From: Candidatus Bathyarchaeota archaeon | GTDB lineage: Archaea; Thermoproteota; CALKCG01; B24; DRYS01 | Direction: 5' to 3' | Length of the DNA stretch: 64,000 bases | Assembly (NCBI GenBank): GCA_018396535.1 | Contig: JAGTQC010000002.1 | Location: forward strand, 1-64,000 | Shown: positions 57,832-64,000 of the stretch, one piece after another | Layout of the letters: the number at the start of each line of letters is the position of its first letter | How positions within the stretch are numbered: position 1 is the first letter of the stretch | Program-made: the position numbers and the translations under genes | Notes under the pieces: generated by a model | The model's input: the letters and a program-made list of their open reading frames with translations, nothing else | Told to the model about the DNA's origin: nothing | Database searches by the model: none

Positions 57832-58552
57832 AACAGTTGATCTAAGCGTAGGCTACGGAGATCTAAAAATCGTACAAAACGTATCGGTAGAAGTTAAAGG
57901 TGGGGAGGTTGTAAGCCTGATAGGCCCTAACGGTAGCGGTAAATCAACCTTGATAAAGGGTATAGTAGGTCTAGCTAAGGTATTCAGCGGCAGGGTCCTC
58001 CTTGATGAATTGGATGTAACAGGTTTACCAACGTATAAGCTTATCAGGATGGGTATAGGCTATGTACCCCAGAGACTCAATATATTCCCTAACCTATCGG
58101 TTAAGGAGAATCTTGAAGTTAGTGGAAGCTGGCTTGATAAGAATAGGATGAGGAGGAAAATCCAAGAAGTGATGGATATATTCCCGGAGATTAAACATAA
58201 AATGGACTGTAAAGCTGGACTTTTAAGCGGAGGAGAAAGGCAGATACTAGCTTTGGCTAGAGCTTTAGTAGCAGAGCCTAGGGTACTCTTACTCGATGAG
58301 CCTACAGCCAGTCTTAGCCCTATGATGGCTGATAAGATCTTCAGATATATAAGGGACATAGCATTCACTAATGATATTGCAATCATGATCGCAGAGCAAA
58401 ACGTAGCTAAAGCTTTGAAAAACTCTGACAGGAGTTACGTGTTAGTTTCAGGTAGATGCGTATCTGTAGAATCATCTAAAGCTCATCTATCAGACGATCA
58501 GCTTAAAAGGATATACCTTGAATTTATGAGCATTAAACCCGATAGCTTATGA
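57812..58552 (+). CDS. livF: ABC ATPase LivF
   Basis: GPNGSGKST, LSGGERQ, LLLDEP and AEQN motifs. Confidence 0.92.
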   Translation: MIYMLLRTVDLSVGYGDLKIVQNVSVEVKGGEVVSLIGPNGSGKSTLIKGIVGLAKVFSGRVLLDELDVTGLPTYKLIRMGIGYVPQRLNIFPNLSVKENLEVSGSWLDKNRMRRKIQEVMDIFPEIKHKMDCKAGLLSGGERQILALARALVAEPRVLLLDEPTASLSPMMADKIFRYIRDIAFTNDIAIMIAEQNVAKALKNSDRSYVLVSGRCVSVESSKAHLSDDQLKRIYLEFMSIKPDSL

Positions 58553-58609
58553 TAACTGATTCTAGAAAGATATACTTAAAAACATCGATAATATATATGA
58601 TCTATAGGG

Positions 58610-60928
58610 ATGCAGATAACCTTCTACCCTATAGATATCGATTACAGAGAATCTCCATCATTATCAGTTAGGCTTTGGGGTATAGATAGGGATGGAAAAC
58701 GTATAATGGCTTTTGACGATAGATTTAAACAATATTTCTTCGTCATACCTAAAGAGGGGTGTTCGACTAAGCTTTTTGAAGAATTAAACCTCCTAGGCGT
58801 ATCAGTTGATGAAATAGAAAAAAGATTCTTCGGCAAACCTATCAGGGTATTAAAGGTTGAATCCAGTAATGTCAAGCTTATCAACGAAGCCTTAGCTAAA
58901 ATATCTAGGAGCCGATATGTCGATAAGGTTCTCGAAGACGACCTTAGAGCTTCTACACATTATCTGCTGGAAAAGCAAATTAAACCATGTAATTGGGTTG
59001 AAGTGAGTGCAGAGTACGGGGGTATAGAAGGGGTTAGAGTTGATAAAATATACCGTATCATAGGTGATTTTAGAACGATCGATACAGCTATACCTCGACT
59101 CCGTATATTAGCATTCCATGTATACCCGTTATCGCGCTTCGGATCACCGAATCCAGATATCGATCCTATAGCCGTTATAACGGTAGGGACATCCGATGGA
59201 CATATAGAGCAGTATACGATAGATGATGGAGAGAAAACCATACTTTTGAAATTTATAGATTTCATAGATGAGTATGACCCAGATATAATCGTAGGGTTTG
59301 AATCGAACAGAGTATACTGGCCTTTCATAAATAGGAGAGCTTCCATCAACAATATTAAACTATCTATAGGTAGGGACGGGGGCTCTCCGCATACAAGCGT
59401 GTATGGTCATATATCGATACCTGGTCGTGTAAACCTAGACTTATACGATTTCGTGGAAGATTTGTATGAGGTTAAATCCAAAGATATAGAAGGCTTAGCC
59501 GACTATCTAGGATTGAAGTTTCCACGTAAACTTGTACCTAGCTTTAAGGTTTCGGAACTATGGAGTAGAGGATCGGATGGAAGGATAGATGTTAAGGAAT
59601 CTAGTAGATCGATCGTAGAAGCCATGCTAAAGCTATCTGAGGATATAGTCCCACTTGCACTTCAACTATCCTCGGTAGTGGGTCTACCACCTGACCATGT
59701 ATTCACCGCTGCTGTAGGTTTTAGAGTTGAGTCACATCTGATGTTCGAAGCAGCTAGTAGAGGCGAACTGATACCTAAACGTAGCGAGGTAGAATACGAA
59801 AGGTATGCTGGAGCTATAGTTCTAGAACCTACACCAGGTATACATGAGGATATACTCGTATTAGACTTCAAGTCTCTATACCCATCCCTCATAATAAAGT
59901 ACAATATATCACCGGATACTTATATCGAAGAGGGTGTAGCCTCTGATATAGATTTCTATGAAGCACCCGAGGTTAAGCATAGATTTAGAAAGGAGCCTAA
60001 AGGAATGTATGCAGAAGCATTATCTAAACTCCTTAAGGCTAGGGATGAGGTTAGAGTTAAACTTAAGGAAGTTGAGCCCAACAGTCACTTATACAAACTC
60101 CTCGATGCCAGACAGAAAGCTATAAAGATAGTATCTAACGCTACTTATGGTTATGCTGGCTGGATCGGTGCGCGATGGTATATGAAGCCTGTAGCAGAAT
60201 CTGTAGCAGCCTGGGGTAGAGCTACACTTAAATCAGTACTAGATTATGCATCTAAAATAAGCCTTAAAGTAGTTTATGGAGATACAGATTCCATATTTGT
60301 AGAATATGATGAGGAAAAAATAATGAAGCTTACAGAATTCGTAGAGAAGGAGCTTGGCTTAGAGATAAAACCAGATGTACACTATAAACGTGTATTATTT
60401 ACTGAAGCTAAGAAGCGTTACGTAGGTCTAACATTAGATGGACGTATAGATTTCGTGGGATTCGAAGCTGTAAGAGGGGACTGGAGTATGCTGGCTAAGA
60501 TAGTCCAAGAGGCTGTAGCAGACTCTATATTGAGGGAGGGGTCCGTAGCTAAAGCCATCTCCATATCTAGGGACTATATATCCATGGCTCGTAAAGGTTT
60601 ACTACCCTTAGAATACTTCATAGTATGGAAGACTATATCTAAGCCGCTAGAGGAGTATAAGGTTAGAACACCTCATACAGAAACTGCTAGAAAGCTTGTA
60701 GCTAAAGGTTTCAAGGTAAACCCCGGCGACCGTATAGGCTTTGTTATCGTCAAGAGAGCGGCGCAGAAACTATATGATAAAGTGGAGCCATACCTATACG
60801 CTAAACTGGAAGATATAGATATAGAATACTATATAGATAACCAGGTAATACCCGCTGCTCTAAGGATATTAGAAGTCTTAGGTGTAAGAAAGGAGCAACT
60901 TCTAGGTAGACAGGTAACCCTCTTTTAG
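58610..60928 (+). CDS. polB: Family B DNA polymerase (PolB3-like) with degenerate 3'-5' exonuclease motifs
   Basis: DFKSLYPS, KIVSNATYGY, YGDTDS and KKRY motifs are intact. Confidence 0.95.
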   Translation: MQITFYPIDIDYRESPSLSVRLWGIDRDGKRIMAFDDRFKQYFFVIPKEGCSTKLFEELNLLGVSVDEIEKRFFGKPIRVLKVESSNVKLINEALAKISRSRYVDKVLEDDLRASTHYLLEKQIKPCNWVEVSAEYGGIEGVRVDKIYRIIGDFRTIDTAIPRLRILAFHVYPLSRFGSPNPDIDPIAVITVGTSDGHIEQYTIDDGEKTILLKFIDFIDEYDPDIIVGFESNRVYWPFINRRASINNIKLSIGRDGGSPHTSVYGHISIPGRVNLDLYDFVEDLYEVKSKDIEGLADYLGLKFPRKLVPSFKVSELWSRGSDGRIDVKESSRSIVEAMLKLSEDIVPLALQLSSVVGLPPDHVFTAAVGFRVESHLMFEAASRGELIPKRSEVEYERYAGAIVLEPTPGIHEDILVLDFKSLYPSLIIKYNISPDTYIEEGVASDIDFYEAPEVKHRFRKEPKGMYAEALSKLLKARDEVRVKLKEVEPNSHLYKLLDARQKAIKIVSNATYGYAGWIGARWYMKPVAESVAAWGRATLKSVLDYASKISLKVVYGDTDSIFVEYDEEKIMKLTEFVEKELGLEIKPDVHYKRVLFTEAKKRYVGLTLDGRIDFVGFEAVRGDWSMLAKIVQEAVADSILREGSVAKAISISRDYISMARKGLLPLEYFIVWKTISKPLEEYKVRTPHTETARKLVAKGFKVNPGDRIGFVIVKRAAQKLYDKVEPYLYAKLEDIDIEYYIDNQVIPAALRILEVLGVRKEQLLGRQVTLF

Positions 60929-61022
60929 GAGCATCTGGTCTCATCTCAGAAGCTTATTCCTTGTATAAACTTTAAATAACCTCCCCCTCCATATATATTG
61001 GATGAACTAATTCGCCAAGAAA

Positions 61023-61097
61023 GCGGCCGTGGTCTAGGCTGGTTAGGATGGGGGCCCTCCAAGCCTCCGGTCGCGGGTTCAAATCCCGCCGGCCGCA
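61023..61097 (+). tRNA. tRNA-Gly(UCC) with C at position 33
   Basis: GCGGCCG/CGGCCGC-A acceptor; GGGGC-CCTCCAA-GCCTC anticodon arm; GCGGG-TTCAAAT-CCCGC T arm. Confidence 0.92.
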
Positions 61098-61115
61098 TAG
61101 TAATATTTGATGATA

Positions 61116-61265
61116 CTATACGACTCCAATCCACCTATATATAGGTGGTATCGTATACCCTCTAACATATGCTATAACGACTATTATCGTGAGTATGAGT
61201 ATGGTGACTAAAGCTACGGCTAATATAACTCTATAGAGTATACGTGTAGCGAGGGTATTCGACAT
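61116..61265 (-). CDS. Small single-TM protein (49 aa)
   Basis: Manual translation: MSNTLATRILYRVILAVALVTILILTIIVVIAYVRGYTIPPIYRWIGVV*; purine-rich GGTAGGG upstream. Confidence 0.55.
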   Translation of the reverse strand: MSNTLATRILYRVILAVALVTILILTIIVVIAYVRGYTIPPIYRWIGVV

Positions 61266-61334
61266 AATATACCCTACCTAAATAGAGACTAGTATATTCT
61301 CTAATTAAGCATTATTGTTAACGATTATCTCCCC

Positions 61335-62405
61335 TTACTCTAAATAGTTAAAGCTTGTTAGAGATTGCACCTCCTCGCCTACTACATACATATCCTCATC
61401 TCTAACACCTACCATCCCTGGGATATATATCCCAGGCTCTATCGTTACTACACAGTCTTCTGGGATAGGCTTCTCATAAATTGGGCTTAAATATGGAGGC
61501 TCATGGATATCTAACCCGACTCCATGACCAAGCCCATGAATAAAGTACTCCCCATATCCTAGATCTACTAGAATTTTCCTCGCAGCTTTATCGATTTCTC
61601 TAGCTAACATTCCAGGTCTAAGGAGATTTAACGCTTCGTTCTTAGCTTTATGTACCGCTTCGAGGAGATAACTATACTTATGCTTGAAATCCCCAAGTAG
61701 GAATGTTCTAGTCATATCTGATCTATAAGATTCATATACAGCGCCTAGATCGATCACGACAATATCATTCTCCTCTATACGCCTATACGATGGTTTAGCA
61801 TGTGGTTTAGAAGATGAGGAGGATGAAGCTACTATAGTCTGAAACGCTACGGATTCTGCACCCATTTTACGCATAATATACTCTGCCTCGACCGCCAGCT
61901 CCCATTCAGATATCCCTGGTTCTAATATACTTGATACTTTATCCATAGTTCTCCTAGCTATTTCAGCAGCTCTAGCTATAAGTTTCATCTCATATGAATC
62001 TTTCTTCATTCTCATCTCCCATATAGTATCCATACATTCTCTGAGATTTGATGTTATCTTACCCATAGCTTCATAGTCTCTCACCGATAGCTTATCGAAA
62101 AATATAGTGGATGGCTTCACTTCAGAAAGTATACGAACCACCCTATCCATAAGCCTATCCTCAGGCCCATAGACTTCTAAACTTAGAGTTGATCCAACCT
62201 TAGCCTTAACCTCTTCTTCTTCAAGCTTAGGCAGTATAAGTGTAGCTTCATCACAATCGATTATTAAGCATCCTACGCCTACCCCAGCGAAGTAAAGTAG
62301 ATTTGATGAATCCGTCAGGATTATACAAGAACCCTCCTGCAACTCCAACTTATTTATCAATATATCTCTTCTTCTAACCATCACATCCTCCAATGCATAA
62401 TTCAC
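61335..62405 (-). CDS. pepQ: Xaa-Pro aminopeptidase (M24B)
   Basis: PH, IDLGA..Y.SDMTRT, HGLGHGVGLDIHE, TIEPGIY and GVRDED motifs. Confidence 0.93.
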   Translation of the reverse strand: MNYALEDVMVRRRDILINKLELQEGSCIILTDSSNLLYFAGVGVGCLIIDCDEATLILPKLEEEEVKAKVGSTLSLEVYGPEDRLMDRVVRILSEVKPSTIFFDKLSVRDYEAMGKITSNLRECMDTIWEMRMKKDSYEMKLIARAAEIARRTMDKVSSILEPGISEWELAVEAEYIMRKMGAESVAFQTIVASSSSSSKPHAKPSYRRIEENDIVVIDLGAVYESYRSDMTRTFLLGDFKHKYSYLLEAVHKAKNEALNLLRPGMLAREIDKAARKILVDLGYGEYFIHGLGHGVGLDIHEPPYLSPIYEKPIPEDCVVTIEPGIYIPGMVGVRDEDMYVVGEEVQSLTSFNYLE

Positions 62406-62569
62406 CTCAGAGTATGCTATGGGACATATATCCTTGAAGCTAATATCTAGTTAGTATACAGGTTTTTAACTATTATAGTATATGAGGTTTAATCCTAAGT
62501 ATACTCGAGAATCTCCTAGTTACTAGATGATCGCCTAAAGAAGGTAGGGTAAGGAGATGTAGATGCATC

Positions 62570-64000
62570 ATGGTTTACATAAAGCGTATAGAAATTAAAG
62601 GGTTCAAATCATTCAAAAACCGGACGGTGATAAACCTATGCAAAGGTCTTAACGTTATAACAGGCCCTAACGGATCGGGAAAGAGCAATATAGTCGACGC
62701 TATAAGGTTTGCTTTAGGTGAGCTTAACCCTAGGATGCTAAGGGTTGAAAGATTCTCTGAGCTTATATGCGATAACCTAGATGCAGGATCTAGAAGAGCC
62801 TATGTAAAAATAGTATTAGATAACAGCGATAGAAAAATACCTATAGATAGCGGGGAAGTAGAGATTCAACGTTCGATAGATGAAAAAGGTAGGATGACTT
62901 ACAAGATTAATGGACGTAGATCATCAAGGGAAGCTATCGTAGATATGCTATCTGTTGCAGGTCTATCCCCTTCAGCTATAAACATAATTATGCAGGGTGC
63001 AGTAACCAGGATAGCTGATCTAACACCCAAACGTAGAAGAGAACTCCTGGAAGAGATAATAGGTATATCAATTTATGATGAAAAGAAGGCTAAAGCAGAG
63101 GAGGAGCTAAGGAGAGCTGAGATAAACTTTAGAGTAGCTGAAGCTAAGCTCGAAGCTATGCGGGAGCAGCTGGATAAACTATCTAGAGAAAGGGAGCAGG
63201 CTTTAAAGTATATTGATCTAAAAGCTAAGATCGCAAAGCTGAAGGTTACCCTGCTCTCAGCTAAAATTTTAAGCTTAAGGAGAGAGGTTGCTGAGCTATC
63301 TATAGACTACGAAAATACACGGTCAGAAATCGAAAAACTATTGAGATACCTTGAATCCCTCAAAGCTGAACGTAAGAGTTTAGAAGATGAGCTTGCAAAC
63401 ATACCGATACAACCTATCGAAGCTGATAACTTAACATCTCAGCTTTCACAGCTAAGGGAAGCTAAGGTTAGACTAGAGGAAACTTTAAAATCGATAGATG
63501 ACGAGATCTCATCAATCGAAAAGATACGAGGAAATCTGGCGGAGAGATTATCTAATGTAGAAATAGAGATTAAGTATTTAATCGAAAAGATAGAAGAACT
63601 ATCTAACGAAGAAAATGCATTAGTTAAAGCTTTAGATGAAAAAAGAGCTAAATATCGTTCATTTTTCGATCATATATGTAGTTTAGGATCACATTTCAAA
63701 AATGTAGCGAACGATATTGTTAGACTGCATAACGAGTACGTAGAATCTATTGCTATATACTCTCAGCTACGTAGCTCTATACTAGAATGTAATGCAAAGG
63801 TCTCAGTAATAGAGGAAGCTATTAAAGCTAGAGATGAGATGTTAAAGAAGCTCAATGATGTGGAAATATCTATAGAACAGCAGATGGAATCTATACGTTC
63901 AACTAAACTTCGACTTCGAGAAGTTGCTACTAAACTCCTCGATAAATTACAAACTCTATTATCGAAGATGAAAATGTTAGAGAATGAAACGGAAAAAGCA
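62570..64000 (+). CDS. smc: Chromosome segregation protein SMC; N-terminal part, runs off the right edge
   Basis: Not in the ORF track because there is no stop. MVYIKRIEIKGFKSFK...ITGPNGSGKSNIVDAIRFALGE, Q-loop NIIMQG, IIGISIYDEKK, then coiled coil. Confidence 0.93.
   Translation, partial: MVYIKRIEIKGFKSFKNRTVINLCKGLNVITGPNGSGKSNIVDAIRFALGELNPRMLRVERFSELICDNLDAGSRRAYVKIVLDNSDRKIPIDSGEVEIQRSIDEKGRMTYKINGRRSSREAIVDMLSVAGLSPSAINIIMQGAVTRIADLTPKRRRELLEEIIGISIYDEKKAKAEEELRRAEINFRVAEAKLEAMREQLDKLSREREQALKYIDLKAKIAKLKVTLLSAKILSLRREVAELSIDYENTRSEIEKLLRYLESLKAERKSLEDELANIPIQPIEADNLTSQLSQLREAKVRLEETLKSIDDEISSIEKIRGNLAERLSNVEIEIKYLIEKIEELSNEENALVKALDEKRAKYRSFFDHICSLGSHFKNVANDIVRLHNEYVESIAIYSQLRSSILECNAKVSVIEEAIKARDEMLKKLNDVEISIEQQMESIRSTKLRLREVATKLLDKLQTLLSKMKMLENETEKA

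Noticed and set aside
2316-59904. Numerous short ORFs antisense to or nested in recognised genes (e.g. 9713..10192, 27067..27786, 45392..45808)
   Set aside because: They are S/I/L/P-rich mirror translations caused by host codon bias and show no family motifs.
1-64000. CRISPR arrays, transposases, integrases, inteins, rRNA
   Set aside because: None seen. There are no regularly spaced repeats, no att-like duplication of the tRNA 3' ends was noticed, and AtpA and PolB are of normal length.

Overview
64 kb of mostly housekeeping DNA from an archaeon of the TACK/Thermoproteota type. The markers are eS30, aEF-1beta, GatDE, TiaS, pelota, aIF5A and a PolB3-like polymerase, plus a canonical SMC, which argues against a classical crenarchaeote; the lineage is inferred, not determined. 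The window holds methanogen-type homocysteine biosynthesis genes, pyrKD, argG, a class II HMG-CoA reductase and sugar-catabolism genes. It also holds the membrane arm of a complex I-like enzyme, a rearranged A/V-type ATP synthase locus with two subunit-I paralogues, a Liv-type ABC transporter, three tRNAs (Tyr with an intron, Ile, Gly) and a box C/D sRNA. The main discovery is missing from the ORF track. The aIF5A gene (48882..49309) is interrupted by a 35-nt element that folds into an archaeal bulge-helix-bulge-type splicing substrate. Cutting at the canonical bulge positions exactly restores the invariant PGK*HG motif, with the junction inside the codon of the hypusinated lysine, so this is a candidate tRNA-endonuclease-spliced mRNA intron in a gene other than cbf5. 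Other notable items are a threonine-synthase-like protein lacking its PLP lysine and fused to a PadR-type wHTH, a PolB with a degenerate proofreading site, and a NuoL with a duplicated 27-aa lateral-helix unit. There is also an AT-rich atpC segment, a C33 tRNA-Gly, a CTG-initiated livG and an mgtA/sfsA deletion scar. All family assignments come from motif recognition by eye; no database search was run.
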